Assembly (NCBI RefSeq): GCF_000022265.1
Contig: NC_011979.1
Span: 4,200,001 to 4,232,000, forward strand
DNA: 32,000 nt
Direction of reading: 5' to 3'
Source: Geotalea daltonii FRC-32
Lineage (GTDB): Bacteria > Desulfobacterota > Desulfuromonadia > Geobacterales > Geobacteraceae
The position numbers were made by a program, and so were the translations under genes. The notes beneath the pieces are model-generated. The model saw only the letters and a program-made list of their open reading frames with translations. It was not told where the DNA came from and did no database searches. The number at the start of each line of letters is the position of its first letter. The first letter of the stretch is position 1. Below, one piece after another: positions 1 through 8,151 of the stretch.

Positions 1-1404
1 GACCTTTTCATGGTTATCGTCGGAACCCTGCAGCGGTGCGGCGTTTGCGCTGCTGTGCAGCATGCCCAGGATCACCGCCTGCCGCGGGTCATCGTTCAGG
101 AAACCGAGGACCACCTCGTCATCCACCTCGGGCCTGAAAAAGAAACCGCGGTCATTTCCAGCATCCAGTGTGGCGACCCGCGCCCAGGTGCCGTCTTCTT
201 CAGCACTTACCAGCGGCATCCTGACACGCACGCGGTGTTCTCCGTCCGGGTCCTCGTTGGACACCACTACGCCGATCTGCAGGCCGCTTACCGCCGGCAG
301 AAGCGCAGCCGCTTTCGGAGCCGATACCGGCTGCTCCTCCGCAAACCATTTTTCCATACTTCCGAATTGGATATGGGTCTTCCACCCCTGCACCGTGTCG
401 AAATCGTGCCGAACTCCGGTGACGAAGACTTTACCGCTGAAACGCCCTCCGACACCGTCGACCTCTACCGTATCCCCGGGGTTCACACTTCCGATTCCCT
501 CGCACTTTATCCGCCCGCTTACCTTGCTCAGCTTCGATTTCAGCCACTGCGCATCGGCCCATGCCTGCGCCTCTTCCTCGGTAACCGCCGCAGATTGCAG
601 CCGGTAGTGGTCGAGCCCTGCAACAGCTGCGAGATCATCGGTGGAAACATCCCCCGGAGCAAGTTGCCCCGGATCGGTGGCATCCTTTTCTGAGACTGCC
701 TGCTGGGCCGGGTCCCAGGTAAAGCTCTTCACCGCAGGATATTGGAACCGCGAATCCATCTCGGCGTCCATCTCCAAGATGGTGGCCCCATACAGCAGTG
801 TACAGACCGGCGTGCCACCGAGCTTCGGCGTTGCGACCTTCACTTTTTTGTCGTTCGCGAAGACCGCTCTACCGCATGCATCTGCCCGGGAGACGATAAA
901 ATCCCAGTCGGTCGAATCATACTGCACCTGTTGCTTGTGGGTGACCGATGTGGACTCCACGTCGGCATCGACGGAAGCGGCATCAAGAAGGGCTGTGATA
1001 ATGTCACTGTCGGTCTGGTCGAAAAAATAGGCGCTTTTCCGTCCGATGGTCATCTTGCTGGCCTGGTGGCGGCACTCGACCACGAGCTGCGATGGGCTGC
1101 GGTCGCGGATCTTGATACTCTGCCGTACCACTGTTCCATTAAAAAGAGATACCTCGTCGCTGCCACTGCCTGCAACGATTTCAACCTCCCCGCCGGGCAG
1201 GAAGAGACTATCATCGGCCAGGGGGAACTTACCGGACGAGGCGGAGCCGTCCAGGTAGACGAGTTGCGCAGACGACAGCCGGTTCACCATCTTCGTTATG
1301 GACAACCCAAGGAGATGGTGCTCGCGGTTCACCGCCGTACCGTCCACCTTTATGGTGAACTCGCGGTGGGTGGCTGAAATGGGTAACGTTCTCTGTGCAG
1401 GAAT
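1..1404 (-). CDS. eCIS spike/hub protein, VgrG (gpD + gp5 OB-fold) family, Afp8/Pvc8-like. Its 3' end lies beyond the window and its start codon is uncertain.
   Basis: Not in the ORF track because the frame stays open to the window edge. My minus-strand translation from 1404 reads IPAQRTLPISATHREFTIKVDGTAVNREHHLLGLSITKMVNRLSSAQLVYLDGS...GRIKCEGIGSVNPGDTVEVDGVGGRFSGKVFVTGVRHDF...LQIGVVVSNEDPDGEHRVRVRMPL...WARVATLDAGNDRGFFFRPEVDDEVVLGFLNDDPRQAVILGMLHS. These are typical gpD-hub and gp5/VgrG OB-fold motifs. It lies directly downstream of the LysM tube-initiator gene. Confidence 0.85.
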   Translation of the reverse strand, partial: MPAQRTLPISATHREFTIKVDGTAVNREHHLLGLSITKMVNRLSSAQLVYLDGSASSGKFPLADDSLFLPGGEVEIVAGSGSDEVSLFNGTVVRQSIKIRDRSPSQLVVECRHQASKMTIGRKSAYFFDQTDSDIITALLDAASVDADVESTSVTHKQQVQYDSTDWDFIVSRADACGRAVFANDKKVKVATPKLGGTPVCTLLYGATILEMDAEMDSRFQYPAVKSFTWDPAQQAVSEKDATDPGQLAPGDVSTDDLAAVAGLDHYRLQSAAVTEEEAQAWADAQWLKSKLSKVSGRIKCEGIGSVNPGDTVEVDGVGGRFSGKVFVTGVRHDFDTVQGWKTHIQFGSMEKWFAEEQPVSAPKAAALLPAVSGLQIGVVVSNEDPDGEHRVRVRMPLVSAEEDGTWARVATLDAGNDRGFFFRPEVDDEVVLGFLNDDPRQAVILGMLHSSANAAPLQGSDDNHEKV

Positions 1405-1406
1405 GG

Positions 1407-2075
1407 CTATTTCTCCAGCGGCGGAAAGAACACCTTAGTTCCGGGAACAAGTTTCCGGAAGTTGTCGAGGCCGTTCACCACGGCTACCTGAAGGTAGTAA
1501 CCGGGATCACCGTATATTTCGTTGCACATGGACGGGAGGTTGTCGGCCACCCGCACGACACGCACATGTGTCAGGTCGGGAGACTCGTCCCGCGCGATAG
1601 CTTGGCGGGTGCGGTCATCCGAATTATCGGTAAAGGTGGCGGTAATGATCGCCCTCAAAGGAATGCCGCTCGGCTGGAACATCTTATAGGCGATGGAGGC
1701 GCTCTTGAGTACGCACCTCTTCACCTGCAGCTTACCCCACACTACCTTAAGGTAATGCGGACGGTGGATTGTCCCGTCATAGCCGGTAACCGTCTGGAAC
1801 TCCTCTATTTTCTGCTGGACATCGATCTTTTTCCCGTTGGCTCCGGTGCCGTCGATGAAAAAGGTCAGCGACATATCCCCCGGCTTCGCCTTCTTGAAAT
1901 TCATTCTGCTGTTGGTGGTACCGGCACCCTGGGCGCTGTCGTACTCCATCTCGTACGAAAGCGTGATTTCGTTCGGATTCAGAAAGGACTCGAATGTTCC
2001 ACAGGGGGAATCGGAATAATCGGGCTCGCGGAAGGCCAGAATCAGCAGTTTTTCAAGAGCTCCCATGTCCGCCAT
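1407..2075 (-). CDS. eCIS tube-initiator / baseplate-hub tube-like protein with C-terminal LysM domain (Afp7/Pvc7-like)
   Basis: 222-aa ORF. The N-terminus is tube-like (LLILAFREPDYS...NEITLSYEMEY). The C-terminus is LysM-like (THVRVVRVADNLPSMCNEIYGDPGYYLQVAVVNGLDNFRKLVPGTKVFFPP). It sits between the DUF5908-like and VgrG-like genes. Confidence 0.85.
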   Translation of the reverse strand: MADMGALEKLLILAFREPDYSDSPCGTFESFLNPNEITLSYEMEYDSAQGAGTTNSRMNFKKAKPGDMSLTFFIDGTGANGKKIDVQQKIEEFQTVTGYDGTIHRPHYLKVVWGKLQVKRCVLKSASIAYKMFQPSGIPLRAIITATFTDNSDDRTRQAIARDESPDLTHVRVVRVADNLPSMCNEIYGDPGYYLQVAVVNGLDNFRKLVPGTKVFFPPLEK

Positions 2076-2078
2076 CGG

Positions 2079-2240
2079 CTATCGCTCCCCTTTCCGTGCA
2101 AGAATATCGAGCACCCGCTCCACGCACTCATTCACAACCGACTGTTTATCTTCGGTCGATGAGGGGGGAGCGGCGCTCCCCCCTGAAGCATCGTTGGTTA
2201 CCTCTACGGAAATGACAACTTCATCGACTATGATCGGCAT
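2079..2240 (-). CDS. DUF5908-like small eCIS protein (Afp6/Pvc6-like), 53 aa
   Basis: I take the internal ATG at 2240 of track ORF 2079..2351. It lies 1 nt after the upstream tube gene stop. The N-terminus MPIIVDEVVISVEV matches the MPIEIxELxIKxxV-type start of DUF5908 proteins as I recall them. The position (tube, small protein, LysM protein) is the canonical one. Confidence 0.6.
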   Translation of the reverse strand: MPIIVDEVVISVEVTNDASGGSAAPPSSTEDKQSVVNECVERVLDILARKGER

Positions 2241-2241
2241 G

Positions 2242-2688
2242 CTATGATTTATCCATGGTGAAACGCTGGTAGTAAAGCTGGAGCGACTCGATGGAAACGG
2301 CGCTGTTCGAGGCATTGAGGTCGCCCAGCGACCATTTGGTCGGATACGCACCGACCAGGTGCCAGGTAAGGAGTGGCTGGTGCTGTTCGTTCAGCAGCTT
2401 GATGTCCACGCTCTTCGGCTCGATGTCCATATCCTCGATGCACCGCCGTACCCACTCCGTTATTTCCGAATTAACGAGGAGACCGCGCTTCAACACCAGC
2501 TCGGTATACCTCGCCCGTGTGGGGAACTTCTGCACGAAGCGGTTCTCTCCCCCCTCGGGCACCTCTTCGGTTGCCATTTCCATCGACAGTCCCGTCACCT
2601 CGGTGAACCGGACGTCGTTATCGTTGGACGGAAGCCCGAGGACCTCGACCTTGAAATGAAAGGCAACGGGGGGATAGTAGTTCGCCAT
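2242..2688 (-). CDS. contractile-tail tube protein (T4 gp19-like / TIGR02241 family; Afp5- or Afp1-like)
   Basis: 148 aa. The N-terminus YPPVAFHFKVEV...VRFTEVTGL and the C-terminus ...VSIESLQLYYQRF are hallmark tube-protein motifs. The start overlaps the upstream stop (TGATG at 2686-2690). Confidence 0.9.
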   Translation of the reverse strand: MANYYPPVAFHFKVEVLGLPSNDNDVRFTEVTGLSMEMATEEVPEGGENRFVQKFPTRARYTELVLKRGLLVNSEITEWVRRCIEDMDIEPKSVDIKLLNEQHQPLLTWHLVGAYPTKWSLGDLNASNSAVSIESLQLYYQRFTMDKS

Positions 2689-3128
2689 CAGTCGTTTTGC
2701 ACCTCGAGCCCTTCGTGAGCTATTTCGATCGACTCGATCGCCACTTCGTTGCCGCTTGCCTTGAGCTGCGGCCCCTCGACCTTCACCGGGAACGCCTTAT
2801 GGACCTTCCAGACCATGACCGGGTCATGGTTCTCGTTCAGAAGGCTGATGGTGAGGTCCCGCCGCTCGACGGTGTTGAGCTTGACTGTGCTGAGCCAGGC
2901 AAAAAAATCGTTGTCGCTCTTCACGACCCCCCGCTTCAGGGTGATGTTGCTGAATTTTCGGAGTCCCGGCATCTTGATTGAGGAGTACTCGGGAAACGAC
3001 CCGTCACGATACTCGATCGCCTGGTTCTCCTGGGTAAGGCCGGTAACTTCCGAAAACCCGATGCGCTTGCCCCCCCATTCGACCCTGAAATGAAATACGG
3101 GAAGCGGATAATCTGCTGTAATGGCCAT
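2688..3128 (-). CDS. contractile-tail tube protein (T4 gp19-like / TIGR02241 family; Afp1-like)
   Basis: 146 aa. Motifs: YPLPVFHFRVEWGGKRIGFSEVTGL...ITLKRGVV...VAIESIEIAHEGL. It is a paralogue of the adjacent tube gene. Confidence 0.9.
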   Translation of the reverse strand: MAITADYPLPVFHFRVEWGGKRIGFSEVTGLTQENQAIEYRDGSFPEYSSIKMPGLRKFSNITLKRGVVKSDNDFFAWLSTVKLNTVERRDLTISLLNENHDPVMVWKVHKAFPVKVEGPQLKASGNEVAIESIEIAHEGLEVQND

Positions 3129-3184
3129 GGTCTTGATTCCTTTTCTATTGGATTCGGAAAATCATTATCGATCGATGTCCCAGG

Positions 3185-5122
3185 CTATGACGTCTGCAAC
3201 TTGTGGGAGAACTTGAGTACGATGAACTCGGCCGGGCGGACGACGGCCATGCCGATCTCCACATTCATCCGCCCTTCGAGTATGTCCTGGGAATTCATCG
3301 TCGTCCCCAGGCCGCACCTGACGAAAAACGCCTCCTTGGGGGTCGCCCCGGCAAGCGCTCCGTCGCGCCATTTCTGCATGAGGTAGTTCTCGATCATGCC
3401 CCGCACCTTCACCCATGTGTTGGCATCGTTCGGCTCGAACACCGCCCAATAGGTGGATTTCTTCACCGACTCCTCCACCATGTTGAAAAACCTTCTGACC
3501 GAGATGTAACGCCATTCGTTGTCGTTACCGGCGAGGGTGCGCGCCCCCCAGACCAGCGTCCCTTTTCCGGAGAACGCCCTGATGGCATTTATCGACTTCC
3601 CGGCATTCGTATCAATATTCAGGTTGTCGGTCTCGTCGGCATCGAACTGGTAGATCGGCCCCACGACACCTGCGAGGCTTACGTTGGCCGGAGCTTTCCA
3701 GACCCCCCTGGCGTTGTCCACGGCGGCACATACCCCGGCAATCGCTCCGCTCGGAGGAACAGTGGTTGCCGTTTCGTTGATCCCCTTGAGGATCTTCCGG
3801 TATAGGGGAAAGCTCTCATAGAGGGATGTTTCATAGGTGCTGGCGTAATTAGAAGCACTCATGACGATGCCCATTACCGTCTCGCGGATAATTGCGAAGT
3901 TCTTTGCCACGTTCGGAAAGATCGCATCGCACTTCGCCTCGTCGGTCGTTGCCTCACCGGGGATGATCGACGACTTGCCCGGTGAGGAAGAGGAAAAGAT
4001 CCCTCCCCATTCGGTTGCTGCAGGATCGGGATCTACGCCCCAGCTGGCAATGTATTCATCGCTGGCGACGGATTCGTCGAGCTCCTTTTCGTTCGCTATC
4101 AGCTCCTCGTATGCCTTCTTGAGCCTCCCCTCTATCGCATCCTTTATATCCTTCCTTAGTCTCTCTCCCTTCACCCCGGAGGTCACATCGAGAAGTTTTT
4201 CGGCTAAATCAGGGATCCTGAAGATGAACTCGAAGATATCCCCCATCTTGCCGAGCCCCTTGTTGTTCTTGTATGCAGCCACCAGATCCTGGTACCCTTG
4301 GTTGATGCTCTTGGAAGTGCCGAGCAGGTCTTTCATCTTCGCATCTACCGTCGATATGTCTTCAAGCGCCGTTTCGACCAGCTTGACAAGGTCCTTTATC
4401 CCCTTGTCGGTCGTAAGTTGCTCGATGGAAGTTTTCGTCCCTCCGACATAGATGGCATCCCTGACATTGGCGTACGGGATATTCTTGCTCACACTGATGT
4501 TGAGCCAGGGAGTATAGGCGGCGCCGTATTTCAGGTTGTTGATCCCTATCTTGTCGCGGAATAAGGTTCCGTTCGGGTCGTCAAGGCGAGTTTCGAATAT
4601 CCCGACCCGGTCCATCAGGTCCCCGCACTGCATGAGTGCCTGCTGCTGCACCTCTCCGAGAGCACCGGCATCGAGGGAGGCGGCATCGGGGAAAAGCAGC
4701 ATCGTCGGCTCGTCGTACTTCTTGAGTTCCCGAACCCCCGCTATCAGCTTCTCTTTGCTCACATCCTCTTCATAGTTTCCGACGGAAACGATGTAGCATT
4801 TCCCCCCCCCGTTATCGAAGAAAAGCCTCAGGCTGTCGTAAAGGTAGAAGTTTCTGCTCTCGAAGTTGGCGCTGACAAAGTTGTAGCCTTCGTCGAGATT
4901 GACTTCCTTTGGAACTACGGCCGGAGCACCTCCGAAGTACATCTCGAAGTCGGGCAACGACTTTATCTTCGTCGGTACCATGCTTAGATCCTTGTCGGTG
5001 ATCTTCGTCGCCCTTGCGGTGTACCCCACGAACGCAGGGACCGCGGTCTCGACTTCGGCCACCGACGGTGGAAACAGAGAAATCTCGTCGACATAAACAT
5101 CCGGTGTTTTCAATGGTCTCAT
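3185..5122 (-). CDS. contractile-tail sheath protein (Afp2-4/Pvc2-4-like), 645 aa
   Basis: I take the ATG at 5122 inside track ORF 3185..5290; it is preceded by AAGGATGAGGA. The N-terminus is PDVYVDEISLFPPSVAEVETAVPAFVGY. The C-terminal half carries PPSGAIAGVCAAVDNARGVWKAPANVSL...INAIRAFSGKGTLVWGARTL...WRYISVRRFFNMVEESV...FEPND, which are classic sheath motifs. Confidence 0.92.
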   Translation of the reverse strand: MRPLKTPDVYVDEISLFPPSVAEVETAVPAFVGYTARATKITDKDLSMVPTKIKSLPDFEMYFGGAPAVVPKEVNLDEGYNFVSANFESRNFYLYDSLRLFFDNGGGKCYIVSVGNYEEDVSKEKLIAGVRELKKYDEPTMLLFPDAASLDAGALGEVQQQALMQCGDLMDRVGIFETRLDDPNGTLFRDKIGINNLKYGAAYTPWLNISVSKNIPYANVRDAIYVGGTKTSIEQLTTDKGIKDLVKLVETALEDISTVDAKMKDLLGTSKSINQGYQDLVAAYKNNKGLGKMGDIFEFIFRIPDLAEKLLDVTSGVKGERLRKDIKDAIEGRLKKAYEELIANEKELDESVASDEYIASWGVDPDPAATEWGGIFSSSSPGKSSIIPGEATTDEAKCDAIFPNVAKNFAIIRETVMGIVMSASNYASTYETSLYESFPLYRKILKGINETATTVPPSGAIAGVCAAVDNARGVWKAPANVSLAGVVGPIYQFDADETDNLNIDTNAGKSINAIRAFSGKGTLVWGARTLAGNDNEWRYISVRRFFNMVEESVKKSTYWAVFEPNDANTWVKVRGMIENYLMQKWRDGALAGATPKEAFFVRCGLGTTMNSQDILEGRMNVEIGMAVVRPAEFIVLKFSHKLQTS

Positions 5123-5132
5123 AGTCGGTTCC

Positions 5133-6146
5133 TCATCCTTTCGATATGTGGATGACGATCTTCCCGTCCGGCTTGTCGGCCGCAGGTAGCGGCAGCGACT
5201 TGATGAGCGTTTCGTCATTCCTGAGCAACTGCATTTTTCTCGTTCCTGCTTCAGCCCTAGGTATCGGTTTTTCCGATCTGAACAGGGCAACCCTCGCCTC
5301 CATGCCGCCGAGCCCCTTGTACCCTGGTGGCATTTCTTCGGGTCGTACCCTTTCGAAAGATGTCTTCGAATCTCCGTTGTTGCCGTTACCCTGCGCTTTC
5401 TCCTCGACCTTCACCTGATCCAGCTCTTCTTCCGAGTATCCCTTCGCCACCACGTAATATTCGAGGAACTCTTCCTTCCTCTCGAACGGGATGTTCAGCT
5501 GTATGGGGGCATCTTTGGACTGGTAAAAAGAGTCGTCTATCGCCACTTCGACGATTGCGAGCCCACCAGCCTGCAGCATCTCGGCATCACGGTAATACCA
5601 GGTCGTTGTTTCCGAGCCGGGAGCACCTTCATCAACCATAAAATGACGACCGGAATAGCCGTTCAATGTGAACCGGGCCTCGCGAAACTCCGCATTTGCA
5701 GCCATCTCTTCAGCCAGAATATGGCCGCTATCATCCCGCAAAACCAAGCTCAAAGGCCGGACCTCGCTTACAACCGAATGGGAAAGAAGGTCCCTGGTGA
5801 CTGTTACCTCCCTTGCACTCTCGAATCTCTCCGGGAGGGAACCGTTCCGGTAGTAGAGGACCCGCTTGGGGGAAACATTGACATTTGTGAAATTCATGAA
5901 ATACGGGTTGAGCAACACGAGCCGAAATCTCACCGTCGCGCCTGCCAGGGAGAAAAGAGGGTTGTTTCCGGCGTCCACCTCGTGAAGGAAGTACAGGACA
6001 CCATTTTTCACCCTGGAGAGCACCCTCGCGTTCCGCAGGAGCTCCCGTGTATCTCCAAGCAGTACAAAGTCGATGTCGTTGCAGCTCTTTAAGTAGTAAC
6101 CATGAGAGATCGCTACCGTGAAAAGAGTTCTGAAGGTAGTGATCAT
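5133..6146 (-). CDS. hypothetical protein, unassigned eCIS-operon component (337 aa)
   Basis: Long ORF translationally coupled on both sides: an ATGA overlap with the DUF4255 gene at 6143-6146, and an end 10 nt before the sheath start. It has no signal peptide, no TM segment and no motif I recognise. Confidence 0.7.
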   Translation of the reverse strand: MITTFRTLFTVAISHGYYLKSCNDIDFVLLGDTRELLRNARVLSRVKNGVLYFLHEVDAGNNPLFSLAGATVRFRLVLLNPYFMNFTNVNVSPKRVLYYRNGSLPERFESAREVTVTRDLLSHSVVSEVRPLSLVLRDDSGHILAEEMAANAEFREARFTLNGYSGRHFMVDEGAPGSETTTWYYRDAEMLQAGGLAIVEVAIDDSFYQSKDAPIQLNIPFERKEEFLEYYVVAKGYSEEELDQVKVEEKAQGNGNNGDSKTSFERVRPEEMPPGYKGLGGMEARVALFRSEKPIPRAEAGTRKMQLLRNDETLIKSLPLPAADKPDGKIVIHISKG

Positions 6147-6712
6147 TGACTGTTCGTATCTCCCTGTATTTTCGTAACAGGAGGCTTCACGGTTTTTACC
6201 GCCCCATCCTGAATCGTTATCATCCTGACCTTATACAGGACAGAAGGAAGCTGTTTGGCGCCGATGAAACCCCATATCTGGTTGAGCTGCTCGTAGGAGG
6301 GAGATTGCAGCTCTACGCTCAGCTTCGCTATCTGTCTGTCAAGGGCAGGGTATTGTTCGGAAGTAAATGAAGGACGGGACTGAAAAAAGGAGATTATGTG
6401 GGAAATGGCTTTTAAAGCGACATCATAAACAGTGTAATTCGCGGCAAACAGGAGATAGATATTCAACTTCAGTTCCGGCTCCAGAACTACATGCTGATCA
6501 CCTACCAGCCTGTGTTCCAGAGTCTGAGACTTTAGCACTCGCTCCTCTTCAATATTGATAATGCTGAGGCCAATCGTATCGCTGTCAATGGCATACTCAC
6601 CCTTCCCATTGACTACAGGTCCCAGCTTGACCTTGGTAAAGCCTGTGCGGTCACTGGTTAGACTGTACGCGTTGATCTCGTCCGAGAGAAACTGAAGGGC
6701 AACATCGAGCAC
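6143..6712 (-). CDS. DUF4255 (Pvc16_N) domain protein, eCIS tail terminator/cap (Afp16-like)
   Basis: 189 aa. GTG start at 6712 preceded by GGAGG at 6-nt spacing. The N-terminus LDVALQFLSDEIN and the overall size fit DUF4255 proteins that open many eCIS operons; this assignment is from memory. Confidence 0.7.
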   Translation of the reverse strand: MLDVALQFLSDEINAYSLTSDRTGFTKVKLGPVVNGKGEYAIDSDTIGLSIINIEEERVLKSQTLEHRLVGDQHVVLEPELKLNIYLLFAANYTVYDVALKAISHIISFFQSRPSFTSEQYPALDRQIAKLSVELQSPSYEQLNQIWGFIGAKQLPSVLYKVRMITIQDGAVKTVKPPVTKIQGDTNSQ

Positions 6713-6843
6713 CAGTACCTCCAGAGAAAGCTGTGGAAGATTAATTGGCGGAAGTTTGTGTTGCTGGGTTCAGAACGACAACAGCATGGCCTGTTTTTTT
6801 ATTTAAAATACAAAATATAGTTTGTTTCTTTAATTTAAGCAGC

Positions 6844-6872
6844 TTATTAACATAAAACTAACCGCCTGTCAA
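6844..6872 (-). promoter_or_regulatory. candidate sigma70 promoter of the eCIS operon
   Basis: Minus strand reads TTGACA (6872..6867), 17 nt, TAATAA (6849..6844), with TG two nt upstream of the -10. It lies in a very AT-rich 183-bp gap, about 130 nt upstream of the GTG at 6712. Confidence 0.4.
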
Positions 6873-6895
6873 AACGATTTTTTATTATTTTCCTC

Positions 6896-8023
6896 TTATT
6901 GCCTCGATACCCGCAAAAGCCGTGACAGCGCTCTCCACAGCTTAATAGTGTCGCTAATACGTGGTTTTAAATTGACATGCATCAGGCCCTGGACCAGATA
7001 AAGGCTTCCCTGGCCGCGAGAGATATTCTCGGCAAGGGCGACGCTCTCCGTATAGGGAATGATATCATCATCATAGCCGTGAAGGATGATCATCTGCGCC
7101 TTCAGGCGGCCCATATCGTAACCGGCGATATTCAGCCGTGTGATCTCCTGGCGGATGGAGAGCGGCAACCGACCGATGAGGGCCGTCACCCTGGTCCGGT
7201 CCCTGTTCTCGATGAAATTGAAGAAATTTCGCCCCTCAGGTGACAGCCCATCTGCCAAGTCGCCAACGGCGGCACCCGGATCATCAAGCTTTCTGGCAGC
7301 CATCCTGGCAAAGAGTTGGCGATCTGTGGCCAAACTGAGCCGCCTGATGTTGCTCAGGACAAATACCCATTTGCCATAGTGATTGGGTTCCCGGTACTGC
7401 CATGTACCCTCCTTCTGAAAATAGCCGGTGGTAAAGAAGGTGAGCACCCGGACCAGGTCGTAATAACCGCCGATGGTCATGATGAATCGTACCCGTTGGG
7501 CAATGAGAGGATCGAGTGCCGCGAGTACGGCCGGTCCGCAGGCATAGCTGATGCCACAAAGACCGGCACGCCCGTTTGGCGCCAAATCCTGCTGCGTGGC
7601 CAGCCAATAAAAACACCGCGTCACATCTTCAGTGTCCCTGGAACCGATCTGCAGCGAACGGAATCCCTGCAGGTCCGGCACCAGCACGGCAAAACGTGCA
7701 CGGGCCATGCTCATGGCCAAAGCCTGCAGTCGCGGGTCGTCCTTGCCTTTCTCCGCAGCCCCCGGAAGCAGCAACATCGCCGCCAGCGGCTTTTGACCGG
7801 CAAGGTACAGGTCGGCATGATAACGTACTCCTTTTACTTGAAAATTCCTTGCCAAACGCCGTGGCTCGGCTGCATCCCCACTTGGGGCTTCCTTTGCTCC
7901 GGCAGCAATATCCACCAATAGTTTTGCCGCCTCGTAATCTCTTACCGGATTACAGCCGGTCAGAGCCATGGCCATGACAATGATGGGCAATATATGCCCG
8001 ATGCTGACAGGTCTTGAATTCAT
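6896..8023 (-). CDS. lipoprotein, alpha/beta-hydrolase fold
   Basis: Signal peptide with lipobox (MAMALTGC). Candidate Ser/Asp/His triad: a nucleophile-elbow-like CGISYACG, Asp in ILHGYDDDIIPY, and a late His in LVQGLMHVN. Confidence 0.75.
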   Translation of the reverse strand: MNSRPVSIGHILPIIVMAMALTGCNPVRDYEAAKLLVDIAAGAKEAPSGDAAEPRRLARNFQVKGVRYHADLYLAGQKPLAAMLLLPGAAEKGKDDPRLQALAMSMARARFAVLVPDLQGFRSLQIGSRDTEDVTRCFYWLATQQDLAPNGRAGLCGISYACGPAVLAALDPLIAQRVRFIMTIGGYYDLVRVLTFFTTGYFQKEGTWQYREPNHYGKWVFVLSNIRRLSLATDRQLFARMAARKLDDPGAAVGDLADGLSPEGRNFFNFIENRDRTRVTALIGRLPLSIRQEITRLNIAGYDMGRLKAQMIILHGYDDDIIPYTESVALAENISRGQGSLYLVQGLMHVNLKPRISDTIKLWRALSRLLRVSRQ

Positions 8024-8151
8024 CCTGTTCCTCCAGGTAAAGGTTTTCCGGCTAATGCTCGCTCACATTCGGCGAAAAATCTTGCTGCCACACCTATGCT
8101 TATCCCGATTCTGATATAAAATTACTGAAAATCAACCGTGTGGAGGGAACC

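Noticed and set aside
10-1377. Two long plus-strand ORFs (10..693 and 742..1377)
   Set aside because: They are antisense shadows of the VgrG-like gene. Their products are Arg/Pro/His-rich with no motifs, whereas the minus frame gives clear gpD/gp5 motifs.
1400-1420. Programmed -1 frameshift fusing the LysM protein to the VgrG-like spike
   Set aside because: The spike frame is -1 relative to the LysM frame. However, the junction (CTGGAGAAATAGCC) has no X-XXY-YYZ slippery heptamer, and such a fusion is not known. An AUU start or translational coupling is more parsimonious.
5123-5290. N-terminal extensions of track ORFs: sheath to 5290, RND pump to 17246, M20 to 27701, OMF to 20333, MCP to 22463
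   Set aside because: Internal ATGs have proper RBSs and/or abut the upstream gene's stop. The extensions overlap upstream genes and encode Arg/Ser/Cys-rich junk.
1-6872. Interpretation as an intact myovirus prophage or an R-type tailocin
   Set aside because: DUF4255 and DUF5908 genes and a LysM tube-initiator are eCIS hallmarks. No capsid, terminase, integrase or lysis genes lie upstream. This cannot be fully excluded without the sequence left of the window.
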